Below, piece by piece: positions 1 through 9,534 of a stretch of 49,353 nt of DNA. Numbering within the stretch: the first letter of the stretch is position 1; every line of letters starts with the position of its first letter. The position numbers were made by a program, and so were the translations under genes. The notes below the pieces were generated by a model that ran no database searches, was not told the origin of the DNA, and saw only the letters and a list, made by a program, of their open reading frames with translations. The DNA is from Flavobacteriales bacterium (GTDB lineage: Bacteria > Bacteroidota > Bacteroidia > Flavobacteriales_D > Parvicellaceae): the NCBI GenBank assembly GCA_029244805.1, contig JAQWQH010000101.1, forward strand, positions 1-49,353, given 5' to 3'.

Positions 1-150
1 CAAGACTATCAATAACAATAAAATCAGCGCTATTGAGCCTTTTCGCTCGGAGCTAGAATAGTTGAAGAAATCTTTCAGTTTGTTTTTCATAGCTTCTTGC
101 AGCCTTCCATAATTTTAGTGTGCTGCATATTCCTATAAATTAAGAAAACG

Positions 151-1725
151 CTATTTTTTTACAGTTTTGATCTTATCCAAGAATTTTTTAAGCTCATCTC
201 TAACAACAGGAGCTAAAAAGAATAACCCAATTACGTTTGGAAATACCATTGCAAATATCATGGAATCAGAAAAATCAATTACAGCTCCCAAACTTATAGA
301 GGCTCCCACTACTACAAACAATAAGAAAAGAACTTTATATACTATATCAGCAGCTTTTCCTCTTCCGAATAAAAACTTCCAAGCTTGCAGTCCATAATAA
401 GACCAAGATAACATCGTTGAAATAGCAAATAGAACCACTGCCATTGTCAAGACCCAAGAAAAACCAGGGATAGCTGATTCAAAAGCTATAGTGGTCAGCT
501 CAACTCCTTGAACGCCTTCTGCTCCATAAACTAGAAAACCTCCTTCAATATTTGTTATAATAATGACCAAAGCAGTCATTGTACATATAATGACAGTATC
601 TATAAAAGGTTCCAATAAAGCTACTATTCCTTCACTCGCAGCATACTTAGTCTTAACAGCTGAATGAGCAATTGCGGCAGAACCAACTCCTGCTTCATTT
701 GAAAATGCAGCTCTTTGAAACCCTACAATCAATACCCCTAAAACTCCCCCTAAAGCAGCATCTGGAGTAAATGCCCCATTAAAAATCATTCCAAAAGCCT
801 CAGGAACAACTGAGTAATTCATACCAATAATAATCAATGCAGCTCCAACATATATAGCCGCCATAAATGGGACTACCTTTTCAGTGACTGATCCAATTCT
901 TTTGATTCCTCCAATAATAACCACACCAACAATGATCGCCATTATTATTCCGAAAATAAATCCTGCAGCTCCACCCTCAATTCCAAATCGCTCCGTTATT
1001 TGAGCAGCGGCTTGATTTGCTTGAAACATATTTCCACCTCCAAACGATCCTCCTACGCACATGATGGCAAAAAATACTGCCAAAACCTTTCCAAGTTTTG
1101 CTAAGCCTTTTTCTTTTAACCCTTTTGATAAATAATACATTGGACCACCATGGACTGTGCCATCTTCAGTCACTTCTCTATACTTTACACCCAATGTGCA
1201 TTCAACAAATTTAGAAGCCATCCCTAGTAAACCAGCAAGAATCATCCATAGTGTTGCCCCAGGACCACCAACAGCAATTGCAACCGCAACCCCTGCAATA
1301 TTCCCCAATCCTACAGTTGCCGACAATGCTGCTGTCAGAGCTTGAAAATGAGTTACTTCTCCTTCGGAATCTTCAACTTTAATTGATTCAAAAACATCCC
1401 CTCCTGGGGTAGGATCTCCCTCTGCAACATCTGCCCCGTGTTTATCAATTTGATCATAATCTCCACGAACTACTTTAATAGCCTTACCTATTAAGGTGAA
1501 ATTTGCAAATTTGAAGTAGATAGTAAAAAACAAAGCACCTCCGATTAAAACAAACAAGACGATTGGGACACTATGATCTCCGAAACTTATAGGGTAAAAA
1601 ATGATTGAACCAACCCAATCAGCTATAGGCCTAAAAAATCCATCGATTTTTTCATCGATACTTTTCTCTTGAGCAAACAACATAGTTGGCAAGAATAATA
1701 TAACAATCAATACTAATTTTTTCAT
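151..1725 (-). CDS. alanine/glycine:cation (sodium) symporter, AGCS family
   Basis: The ORF-track start at 1749 is a TTG. The in-frame ATG at 1725 gives MKKLVLIVILF. The protein has many hydrophobic segments and AGCS-like blocks (FQALTAALSATVGLGNIAG, GGPGATLWM, FSNEAGVGSAAIAHSA). Confidence 0.85.
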   Translation of the reverse strand: MKKLVLIVILFLPTMLFAQEKSIDEKIDGFFRPIADWVGSIIFYPISFGDHSVPIVLFVLIGGALFFTIYFKFANFTLIGKAIKVVRGDYDQIDKHGADVAEGDPTPGGDVFESIKVEDSEGEVTHFQALTAALSATVGLGNIAGVAVAIAVGGPGATLWMILAGLLGMASKFVECTLGVKYREVTEDGTVHGGPMYYLSKGLKEKGLAKLGKVLAVFFAIMCVGGSFGGGNMFQANQAAAQITERFGIEGGAAGFIFGIIMAIIVGVVIIGGIKRIGSVTEKVVPFMAAIYVGAALIIIGMNYSVVPEAFGMIFNGAFTPDAALGGVLGVLIVGFQRAAFSNEAGVGSAAIAHSAVKTKYAASEGIVALLEPFIDTVIICTMTALVIIITNIEGGFLVYGAEGVQGVELTTIAFESAIPGFSWVLTMAVVLFAISTMLSWSYYGLQAWKFLFGRGKAADIVYKVLFLLFVVVGASISLGAVIDFSDSMIFAMVFPNVIGLFFLAPVVRDELKKFLDKIKTVKK

Positions 1726-1759
1726 TTCATTTTTTTTGAATGCACACAAAAATATACAT

Positions 1760-2671
1760 TTATTTCACCAATTCAAGTTCTTCAGAGACAATCCCCAATC
1801 CTTCTTCGAAAGACATAGGATTGTAAGCCAATTCGTTTATTGCCTTGTCTAATAAGAAACCTGTTTTAGGTGGTCGTTTAGCTGCTTGATTCAGTGTAGT
1901 TGATTTAATAGGTGTTATGCTTGATTTATCTAAATTGAAAAAATCAGCAACTCGATTCACTAATTCCAAGATACTCATTAAATCTTTTCCTGAAAGATGG
2001 TAAACTCCCTTTGCTTGTTTATCAGCAATAAGAACGCATCCCTTCGCTAAATCAATAGCTAATGTCGGTGAACGGAACTGATCATCTACAACATTGATTG
2101 GATCTCCTTTCTCTAATGCTCCTTTTGCCCAAAGAATAATATTAGACCTACTCATTTTTTCGACAACTCCATAAACAATAATGGTACGTGCTATTGCCCA
2201 GTTTTTATATTCACTATTTTGAAGAACTTTCTCAGAAGCAAATTTTGATTCACCATAATAACTTAGAGGCTTTGGAATATCACTCTCCGAATAAGGTCCG
2301 TCTTCTCCATCAAAAACAAAATCCGTAGATAAATGAATCAAATGTGTATTGTGCTTTTCGCATGCAGCTAGTAAATACTCAACAGCATTTACATTCATTT
2401 TCCAACAACCTTCTTTATCACCCTCACAAGCATCTACATTTGTCATTGCCGCTGTGTTTATTAAAACATCAGGACGGTATTTTTCGCATATATTGGAAAC
2501 TTCTGTTGAATTTGTAATATCCAATTCCTCGTAAATAAAACCTGAAACATTTGAGATTCTATTCGCTCCCTTTGAAGTAGCTATTAACTTATAATTAGAG
2601 GCTTTTTGAAGTTGGGCAACCAACTTTTGACCTAACAAACCATTTGAGCCTGTAATTAAAACTGTTTTCAT
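1760..2671 (-). CDS. RmlD-family SDR (dTDP-4-dehydrorhamnose reductase-like)
   Basis: N-terminal Rossmann motif ITGSNGLLGQ, catalytic YxxxK (YYGESK), and about 300 aa. No rmlA/B/C genes are adjacent, so the substrate is uncertain. Confidence 0.7.
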   Translation of the reverse strand: MKTVLITGSNGLLGQKLVAQLQKASNYKLIATSKGANRISNVSGFIYEELDITNSTEVSNICEKYRPDVLINTAAMTNVDACEGDKEGCWKMNVNAVEYLLAACEKHNTHLIHLSTDFVFDGEDGPYSESDIPKPLSYYGESKFASEKVLQNSEYKNWAIARTIIVYGVVEKMSRSNIILWAKGALEKGDPINVVDDQFRSPTLAIDLAKGCVLIADKQAKGVYHLSGKDLMSILELVNRVADFFNLDKSSITPIKSTTLNQAAKRPPKTGFLLDKAINELAYNPMSFEEGLGIVSEELELVK

Positions 2672-2678
2672 TTCAATA

Positions 2679-3701
2679 TTACTTCTGCATTATTCCAAAA
2701 ATCTGATTTAGACTTTGGATTTGTTCCGGATTACCTAAAACAAATAGTTTACTACCAGGAACGATAGCAGTTTCACCATTGGGATTTATTTCATAATTGC
2801 CATCCGAGCTTTTGTAACCTATTATATTACAAACCGGAAACTGCTTTTTTAAATCTGCCAACGATTTATATTTACAATCTTCAGGAACATCCTGAAAGTC
2901 TATTTCCTCAAGATTTATCTCATTCTCTCCTTGAATAGAAATTTGATCTAAAAACTCAACAACATCTGGCGTTGAGACCAACTGAGCCATATGAGACCCT
3001 CCCAAAGAATCCGGCATAATTACATTACTAGCTCCAGCAATCTTTAATTTTTTAACCGACGCCTTTTTTGAAGCCCTAGAAATTACTTGAAGTTTTTTAT
3101 TTAATTCTTTAGCGGACAAGACAACAAACAAATTATCCGAATCCGATGGCAAGGTTGTGATAAGTGCCTTTGCATTCATTACTCCAGCTTTAACCAACAA
3201 CTCATCATTGGTAGCATCGCCTTGCATATAAAGAATGTCTCCATCTTGCCTGAACCTTTCAATTACGTCTTCGCTTTGCTCTAGAACTAAAAATGGATCT
3301 CCATGAGCCTTCAACGTATCTATCGCTTGAGAACCAACTCTCCCAAAACCACATACTATGACATGTCCGTTTAATTTATTTATCTCCTTCACTGCTTTAT
3401 AATCTTTAAAGTAAATTCTATAATCCCCGCTCACAATATATGCAGTAATAGAGGAAATTGCATAAGCAAAGGTACCAAAACTAGTTATAATTAAAAATGC
3501 AGTAAAAAGCTTTCCCGAATCTGACAAATCATGCACCTCGCCGAAACCAACTGTTGATATAGTTATTATTGTTTGATAAAAGGAATCCAAAAGTGACCAC
3601 CCCTCCACAACCATAAAACCTGCGGTACCAGCAATAACTATTAACGCTAGTAAAACAACTGCATAATATACTCTAGAAAAAAACTTAAAATTAAATAACA
3701 T
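2679..3701 (-). CDS. potassium channel protein with RCK/TrkA-N domain
   Basis: Two TM segments flank a K+ selectivity-filter-like TVGFGE. They are followed by VIVCGFGRVG (GxGxxG of an RCK domain) and a TrkA-C-like tail. Confidence 0.8.
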   Translation of the reverse strand: MLFNFKFFSRVYYAVVLLALIVIAGTAGFMVVEGWSLLDSFYQTIITISTVGFGEVHDLSDSGKLFTAFLIITSFGTFAYAISSITAYIVSGDYRIYFKDYKAVKEINKLNGHVIVCGFGRVGSQAIDTLKAHGDPFLVLEQSEDVIERFRQDGDILYMQGDATNDELLVKAGVMNAKALITTLPSDSDNLFVVLSAKELNKKLQVISRASKKASVKKLKIAGASNVIMPDSLGGSHMAQLVSTPDVVEFLDQISIQGENEINLEEIDFQDVPEDCKYKSLADLKKQFPVCNIIGYKSSDGNYEINPNGETAIVPGSKLFVLGNPEQIQSLNQIFGIMQK

Positions 3702-3713
3702 ATCTAAATCTCC

Positions 3714-3941
3714 CTATAAATCCCAAACAGTTTTTCTTCGTTTTTTAAATTTAAAGAACTCCTTATGCTCAAGGATAAAAGCCATAGCCAAATAGATAAT
3801 TAGTGGACTTCCAAATGTTAGAAATGAAACATAAATAAAAAACAACCTAATACTAGAGGCTCTAATTCCCAATTTATCTCCCCACCATTTAAAAACTCCA
3901 AAAGACCGTTTTTCGAAATAGTCTAGTATCGATTGAATCAT
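3714..3941 (-). CDS. PspC-domain small membrane protein
   Basis: 75 aa. The N-terminal amphipathic stretch and the GIRASSIRLFFIYVSFLTFGSPLIIYL segment fit the PspC-domain pattern. Confidence 0.6.
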   Translation of the reverse strand: MIQSILDYFEKRSFGVFKWWGDKLGIRASSIRLFFIYVSFLTFGSPLIIYLAMAFILEHKEFFKFKKRRKTVWDL

Positions 3942-4080
3942 AACTTATAAAGTTTCATTTATTGCGTATTGCAATTACTAAGGATGCAATTTAAACATTT
4001 TTTTTAGAACAGCAGTCCCCGCCCCATATAGCCCTTTTGAAGGCTCTGATTTAAAAGACATTCCAAACCCAATAGCTAAG

Positions 4081-4908
4081 CTATTTTTCTAACAATCCAA
4101 ATTGTTTTAACTGAACAGCCATCTGAGATTGAAGTTCTTTAGATTTATTTTTGGCAACTGACGCAAAATCAATTCCTGATCCCGCGTAAATAATTCCTCG
4201 AGATGAGTTAACTAAAAGTCCACAAGTATTATTCATTCCATATTTAGCAACTTCCTCCAAACTTCCACCCTGAGCTCCAACTCCCGGAACGAGTAAGAAT
4301 GAATCTGGAACAATTGCCCTGATATCGCTTAACATTTCAGCTCTAGTGGCTCCAACAACATACATTAAATTTTCCTCGTCACCCCATTCAAGAGACTTCT
4401 CTAAAACTTCTTCAAAAACTCTTTTACCTCCTTCAATTTTTTTATACTGAAAGTCAAGTCCTCCGATATTACTTGTAGCGGCTAAAAGTATTACCCATTT
4501 ATTACCAAATTCTAAAAATGGAGCAACGGAGTCATTCCCCATATAAGGTGCAACAGTAACCGAATCAAAGTTGAAATACTCAAAAAAGGTTTTTGCATAC
4601 ATCCTTGACGTATTTCCAATGTCTCCTCGTTTTGCATCAGCAATGGTAAAAATATCACTAGGAATATACTCCATTGTTTTTTGAAGGGACTCCCAACCTT
4701 TAACACCTAGTGATTCATAAAATGCCAAATTTGGCTTATAGGCAACGCAATAATCTTTTGTTGCATCAATAATCTGTTTGTTAAATTCAAATATTGGATC
4801 GTCTAACTCCAATAAATGGTCCGGAATTTTTTCGAGGTCTGCATCTAAACCAACACAAAGAAAACTCTCCTTCTTGATTATTTGATTAAATAGCTCTTGC
4901 TTTGTCAT
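4081..4908 (-). CDS. pyrF: orotidine 5'-phosphate decarboxylase (type 2)
   Basis: [10 protein letters not shown] active-site block, and the LCVGLD and PGVGAQGG motifs. 275 aa. Confidence 0.9.
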   Translation of the reverse strand: MTKQELFNQIIKKESFLCVGLDADLEKIPDHLLELDDPIFEFNKQIIDATKDYCVAYKPNLAFYESLGVKGWESLQKTMEYIPSDIFTIADAKRGDIGNTSRMYAKTFFEYFNFDSVTVAPYMGNDSVAPFLEFGNKWVILLAATSNIGGLDFQYKKIEGGKRVFEEVLEKSLEWGDEENLMYVVGATRAEMLSDIRAIVPDSFLLVPGVGAQGGSLEEVAKYGMNNTCGLLVNSSRGIIYAGSGIDFASVAKNKSKELQSQMAVQLKQFGLLEK

Positions 4909-4925
4909 TTGAAATAATTCAATAG

Positions 4926-6014
4926 TTATTCTACTCCTCCGGCTTTTAATTTCTCTGCATTTTCTGCCATTTTTAACGCATCAATCATTTCCTGAATACC
5001 TCCATTCAAAAATGCTGGCAACGAATACATCGTTTTATTTATTCTATGATCGGTGATTCTTCCCTGAGGGTAATTATAAGTTCTAATTTTTGCAGATCGA
5101 TCACCTGTAGAAACTAGAGATTTTCTTTGCTCTGAACGTTCTTCATGCGCTTTGTCAACCTCGGCTTGATACAAACGAGAACGAAGAGTTTTTAAAGCTT
5201 TATCGTAATTCTTGTGTTGCGATCGACCATCTTGACATTCAACTACTGTGCCTGTGGGCAAGTGAGTTAACCTAATCGCAGATTCTGTTTTATTAACGTG
5301 CTGTCCACCTGCACCCGAAGCTCTAAAAGTATCTTTCTTAACATCTTTCAAATTTAATTCAAAATCAATGTCTTCAGCCTCCGGCAACACAGCTACGGTT
5401 ATTGCTGAAGTATGAACTCTTCCTTGTGATTCTGTTTCTGGTACACGCTGAACACGATGCACCCCAGACTCAAACTTTAATGTTCCATAGACCTCTTCTC
5501 CAATTACTTCCAGAATAACTTCTTTATAGCCTTTTGTTGTACCTTCACTAGAGTTAATAACTGCACTTTTCCAGCCCTTTTCCTTAAAATACATTGTATA
5601 CATTCGAAAAATATCCTCAACAAAAATACATGATTCATCTCCTCCTGTTCCAGCTCTGAGTTCAACGATAACGTTTTTATTATCATCCGGATCCTTAGGA
5701 ATCAATAACCACTTTATACTTTCGTCTAGGTCTTCCTTTTTTTCCTGTAATTCATCCAACTCCATTTTAGCCATCTCCTTAAATTCAGGGTCTGATTCTG
5801 TTCTTAGAATTTCCTTAGAAGAATCTATATTTCCGATGGTGTTTTTATAATCATGATAAGCCTCTACCAAAGGCTCCAAATCCTTATACTCTTGCGTCAG
5901 CCTGACATACCTTTTCATATCTTGAATGATATCAGGATCGACAATAAGCTTTCCAACCTCCTCCCTTCTTATAAAAATTGCCTCAAGTTTATTCAACAGA
6001 CTATTATCACTCAT
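4926..6014 (-). CDS. prfA: peptide chain release factor 1
   Basis: GGQ motif ([14 protein letters not shown]) and RF1-type PxT tripeptide (PET in [17 protein letters not shown]). 362 aa and uninterrupted. Confidence 0.95.
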   Translation of the reverse strand: MSDNSLLNKLEAIFIRREEVGKLIVDPDIIQDMKRYVRLTQEYKDLEPLVEAYHDYKNTIGNIDSSKEILRTESDPEFKEMAKMELDELQEKKEDLDESIKWLLIPKDPDDNKNVIVELRAGTGGDESCIFVEDIFRMYTMYFKEKGWKSAVINSSEGTTKGYKEVILEVIGEEVYGTLKFESGVHRVQRVPETESQGRVHTSAITVAVLPEAEDIDFELNLKDVKKDTFRASGAGGQHVNKTESAIRLTHLPTGTVVECQDGRSQHKNYDKALKTLRSRLYQAEVDKAHEERSEQRKSLVSTGDRSAKIRTYNYPQGRITDHRINKTMYSLPAFLNGGIQEMIDALKMAENAEKLKAGGVE

Positions 6015-6028
6015 ACCTTTACTTGAAT

Positions 6029-7198
6029 TTAATAAACGAAAGTTCCTTTATCAGAGACTATAGTTAGTTTTTTTGTGTCAGACGCCTCTACTCTGCCTAC
6101 AATTTTAGCATCAACATTGTAAGATTTGCTAATAGCAATAATCTGTTCTGAATATTCTTCAGGAATGTAAACCTCCATTCTGTGACCCATATTGAAAACC
6201 TTATACATTTCCATCCAGTCAGTATTTGATTCTTTTTGAATCAAATCAAACAAAGGCGGGGTGGTAAACATATTATCCTTTATAATATGAAGGTTATCTA
6301 CAAAATGTAGAATTTTCGTTTGAGCACCTCCACTACAATGCACCATTCCATGAACATTTGATCTATGTTTTAATAAAATTTCTTGGATTATTGGGGCATA
6401 AGTACGCGTTGGAGAAAGAACTAATTTACCTGCATTGATTGGCGCATTTTCCACTGCATCCGTCAATTTTTTTGAACCTGAATAAATTAATTCTTCAGGA
6501 ACTGAAGGATCAAAACTTTCTGGATATTTATTCGCAAGCTCACTGCCAAACACATCATGACGAGCAGAGGTTAACCCATTGCTCCCCATCCCCCCATTAT
6601 ATTCTTTTTCATATGAGGATTGTCCAAATGATTCCATTCCAACAATTACATCTCCAGGCTGGATATTTGCATTATTGACTACATCAGAACGTTTCATGCG
6701 CGCAACAACAGTTGAATCTACAATAATTGTTCGTACCAAATCTCCAACATCAGCTGTTTCTCCTCCAGTGGACTTGATAGAAACACCAAATGACTCCAAG
6801 TCAGAAAGCAGCTCTTCCGTACCATTAATAATTGCTGACAACACTTCGCCCGGAATTAAATTTTTATTTCTTCCAATTGTAGAAGACAATAATATATTGT
6901 CTGTAGCTCCAACACACAATAAATCATCAATATTCATTATCAATGCATCCTGCGCTATTCCTTTCCAAACAGACAAATCATCTGTCTCCTTCCAGTACAT
7001 ATAAGCCAACGAAGATTTAGTACCGGCACCATCAGCATGCATCACTATACAATGATCCTCTGAACCCGTAAGATAGTCCGGAACAATTTTACAAAATGCT
7101 TGAGGAAATAATCCTTTATCTACATTTTTAATCGCAGCATGAACATCTTCTTTTCCTGCTGAAACTCCTCTTTGATTATATCTTGTTTCGATTGCCAT
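6029..7198 (-). CDS. purM: phosphoribosylformylglycinamidine cyclo-ligase (AIR synthase), long Bacteroidota form
   Basis: MHADGAGTKS (the DGxGTK block of PurM/AIR-synthase-related proteins) and an N/C AIRS domain pattern. 389 aa. Confidence 0.8.
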   Translation of the reverse strand: MAIETRYNQRGVSAGKEDVHAAIKNVDKGLFPQAFCKIVPDYLTGSEDHCIVMHADGAGTKSSLAYMYWKETDDLSVWKGIAQDALIMNIDDLLCVGATDNILLSSTIGRNKNLIPGEVLSAIINGTEELLSDLESFGVSIKSTGGETADVGDLVRTIIVDSTVVARMKRSDVVNNANIQPGDVIVGMESFGQSSYEKEYNGGMGSNGLTSARHDVFGSELANKYPESFDPSVPEELIYSGSKKLTDAVENAPINAGKLVLSPTRTYAPIIQEILLKHRSNVHGMVHCSGGAQTKILHFVDNLHIIKDNMFTTPPLFDLIQKESNTDWMEMYKVFNMGHRMEVYIPEEYSEQIIAISKSYNVDAKIVGRVEASDTKKLTIVSDKGTFVY

Positions 7199-7215
7199 AT
7201 CTACACTTTAATTTT

Positions 7216-7223
7216 CAAATATA
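7216..7223 (-). promoter_or_regulatory. candidate Bacteroidota -7 box (TATATTTG on the - strand) upstream of purM
   Basis: The + strand reads caaatata, 18 nt from the purM ATG (7198). A second match, caaaaata, lies at 7230-7237. Both fit the TAnnTTTG consensus. Confidence 0.4.
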
Positions 7224-7297
7224 TAATTGCAAAAATACTTAATGCTATTTATTTCTTTGCAATGAAAACGGAATACTAATTAACAATATCTACAAAC

Positions 7298-7335
7298 AAA
7301 AAAGCATCCTATCTAAAAAGATAGGATGCTTTTTT
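7298..7335 (-). terminator. rho-independent (bidirectional-looking) terminator after the OmpA-family gene
   Basis: Perfect inverted repeat aaaaaagcatcctatc / gataggatgctttttt (16 bp, 6-nt loop), 16 nt past the stop at 7351. A and T tracts flank both sides. Confidence 0.85.
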
Positions 7336-7350
7336 CATATTTTAACCTAG

Positions 7351-9369
7351 CTATTCTGCTGCACCTTCATCAGAACCAGCTGGCTTGTAATCAAAACTCA
7401 ATACTCTAAATTGAGTACGCCTGTTTCTTTGATGAGCTGCCTCTTGTTCCTCTTTAGTCGTCATTTTCTTAATCACATCGCATTCAAGACCAACCGCTCT
7501 TGGTTGAACCTTACCATAACCTTTAGCATCCATTCTATCAGCAGGAATGCCTTTTGAAACTAAGTAATCAACGCAAGACTGCGCTCTTGCTTGCGACAAT
7601 CTCTGGTTATAAGCTGCTCCACCACGACAATCAGTGTGTGCCTGAAGTTCCACAATAATGGAAGGGTTATCCATTAATGTTTGGTATAAATCATTCAATG
7701 AATCCTTTGCGTTTGTTTTATCATTTACCAATAACTCAGATTTATCGTATGCATATTGCACCTCAGGAAAATCAATTACAGTCTCCACAGTTGCCGGTTG
7801 AATAAAAATTTCTTCAATAAAGTTGACTCCATGATCATATCCCATTGTTGATAAACTTGTTTTTGCTACCAGATATTCATCCTTACTTGCGTCAAAATTA
7901 TAATTAGTCTCCTTTTTTATAAATCTCTTGCCATTCTCTTCATCAAATTTAAAAGCACCTTCTTCGTTTGTGGTTTTAGAAACTTGCGAGCCATCAGTAC
8001 CAACCAATGTAATTGTAACACCAGGTATTGGATCTCCTGTTTCCTTATTTTTAACATACACCTCTAAACTAAATTGAATCTCAGGCAGGTTGAAACTGTA
8101 TAAATCATCTTTACCTTTTCCGCCATCTCTATTTGAAGTGAAAAACCCTCTGGTTTCTGTACCTCTTTCAAAAATAATCCCATAATCATGTTCAGCGGAG
8201 TTAATTGGATATTTCAAGTTTTCTACATTCTCCCATTTTTTCTCAGCAGTTTTTTCAGCTCTAAAAATATCCAATCCACCCATACCATGATGACCTGTGG
8301 AAGAGAAGAACAAGGTCCCATCTGTGCCTAAATGTGGAAACATTTCATCTCCTACAGTGTTAATTGGAGTTCCTACATTAATCGGTGCTCCCCACGATTT
8401 CTCTCTTTTATTGTATTCTATGTACCACAAATCCTTTCCTCCTTGACCACCAGGTAAATCAGCAGCAAAAATTAATAAATTACCTGTTTTGTTTAAAGTT
8501 GGATGTCCACATGAAAGAGAATCTGCACCTTCTGGTTTGAGAACTATCATAGTTGCAGCTTTCCAATTACTACCTTGTTTTTCCGCAAAAAAGATATCAC
8601 ATCCGATATTCTCTTTTTTTTCTCTAGGACAACGTGTGAAATATATCTGAGACCCTTTAGAGTTTAATACAGCTCCTCCTTCGTTATCCCCTGTATTAAC
8701 TGTTTTTGGCAACAATGTGGGCTCTCCCCATTTCCCTTTATTATCTCTTGTAGAGATCCAAAGATCCATGTAACTCTCTCCTGTTCTCAAATCTATCTCA
8801 TCTCCCGTTGAACCTTCTCTAGAGGAAGAGAAAAGCAATTGGGTATGTTTCTTATCTCCCCAGGCTGGAGCGTAATCATAGTGGTCCGTGTTCAATTGAA
8901 TTTCAGCCATTACAACATGTCTGGTTGGATTGTCTTTCCATTCCCTGGCCTTTCTGCAAGATTCCAATCCGGATTCAGCCACAACATCACCGGGCCTTAC
9001 CTCTAAAAACTCTTCATATTGAACTTGAGCCTCCTTATATTCCCCTTGCTCCTTCAAAACTTCAGCTAAATATAGTAAAACAATAGGATTCGTTCTGTCA
9101 TATTTGAGCTTTATAGCTCTATTGTAGTAGGTTTGCGCTTGTGCAGGTTCAATTAAGTTTCGATAACACTCGCCTATTTGAAAATTAATCAAGGCTTTTT
9201 TTGCTGGTTTAGCTTTCGCTTCAGCTTTTTTATAGAGTTCTTTAGCTGAAAAGTAAGATTCATTTTTAAATGCGCTATTAGCATCTTTCACGAAGTCCTT
9301 TTGCGAAAAAGAAGAGCTTGAAACCACACAAAAAGCTGTAATACAAGCAATTAATCTAAGAATATTCAT
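7351..9369 (-). CDS. OmpA-family protein with N-terminal TPR, PD40/TolB-like beta-propeller repeats and C-terminal OmpA domain
   Basis: Signal peptide, then TPR-like helices. Repeated PD40-type blocks follow (FSSSREGSTG, LIFAADLPGGQGGKDLWY, LFFSSTGHHGMGGLDIF, FFTSNRDGGKGKDDLY). The C-terminal OmpA signature is NQRLSQARAQSCVDYLVSKGI...GYG. Confidence 0.85.
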   Translation of the reverse strand: MNILRLIACITAFCVVSSSSFSQKDFVKDANSAFKNESYFSAKELYKKAEAKAKPAKKALINFQIGECYRNLIEPAQAQTYYNRAIKLKYDRTNPIVLLYLAEVLKEQGEYKEAQVQYEEFLEVRPGDVVAESGLESCRKAREWKDNPTRHVVMAEIQLNTDHYDYAPAWGDKKHTQLLFSSSREGSTGDEIDLRTGESYMDLWISTRDNKGKWGEPTLLPKTVNTGDNEGGAVLNSKGSQIYFTRCPREKKENIGCDIFFAEKQGSNWKAATMIVLKPEGADSLSCGHPTLNKTGNLLIFAADLPGGQGGKDLWYIEYNKREKSWGAPINVGTPINTVGDEMFPHLGTDGTLFFSSTGHHGMGGLDIFRAEKTAEKKWENVENLKYPINSAEHDYGIIFERGTETRGFFTSNRDGGKGKDDLYSFNLPEIQFSLEVYVKNKETGDPIPGVTITLVGTDGSQVSKTTNEEGAFKFDEENGKRFIKKETNYNFDASKDEYLVAKTSLSTMGYDHGVNFIEEIFIQPATVETVIDFPEVQYAYDKSELLVNDKTNAKDSLNDLYQTLMDNPSIIVELQAHTDCRGGAAYNQRLSQARAQSCVDYLVSKGIPADRMDAKGYGKVQPRAVGLECDVIKKMTTKEEQEAAHQRNRRTQFRVLSFDYKPAGSDEGAAE

Positions 9370-9439
9370 AATTGGTCTATTTTTTCCCTTAACTAATCTT
9401 TAAATAGTTAGTCAAGCGAAAATAATCAAATATTTTTAC

Positions 9440-9464
9440 CTAGCTAAGTTTTAGCTAGCTTTTT
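9440..9464. terminator. hairpin between glnN stop and OmpA-family gene start (possible glnN terminator)
   Basis: ctagcta-agttt-tagctag (7-bp stem, 5-nt loop). The T tract (cttttt) is on the + strand side, so its orientation relative to glnN (- strand) is not ideal. Confidence 0.4.
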
Positions 9465-9534
9465 CAACAAAAATAGCAGCCAAGCTTATATTTTGAGATT
9501 AGTTCAATATACCAACGGAAATTTTACAAATTTA

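Noticed and set aside
4926-6014. Possible programmed +1 frameshift, as seen in release-factor genes.
   Set aside because: The gene is RF1 (PET tripeptide, single uninterrupted 362-codon frame). The autoregulatory frameshift belongs to prfB (RF2).
6579-7004. A 141-aa ORF on the + strand inside purM. Similar antisense ORFs occur at 167-397, 1157-1345, 10193-10468, 12603-12929, 17494-17835, 32525-32863, 34779-35114, 41555-41907, 43912-44178, 45416-45736, 46914-47252 and 47905-48114.
   Set aside because: All lie entirely within, and antisense to, long ORFs with strong family signatures. Their translations are low-complexity or compositionally odd and carry no motifs. They are typical shadow ORFs.
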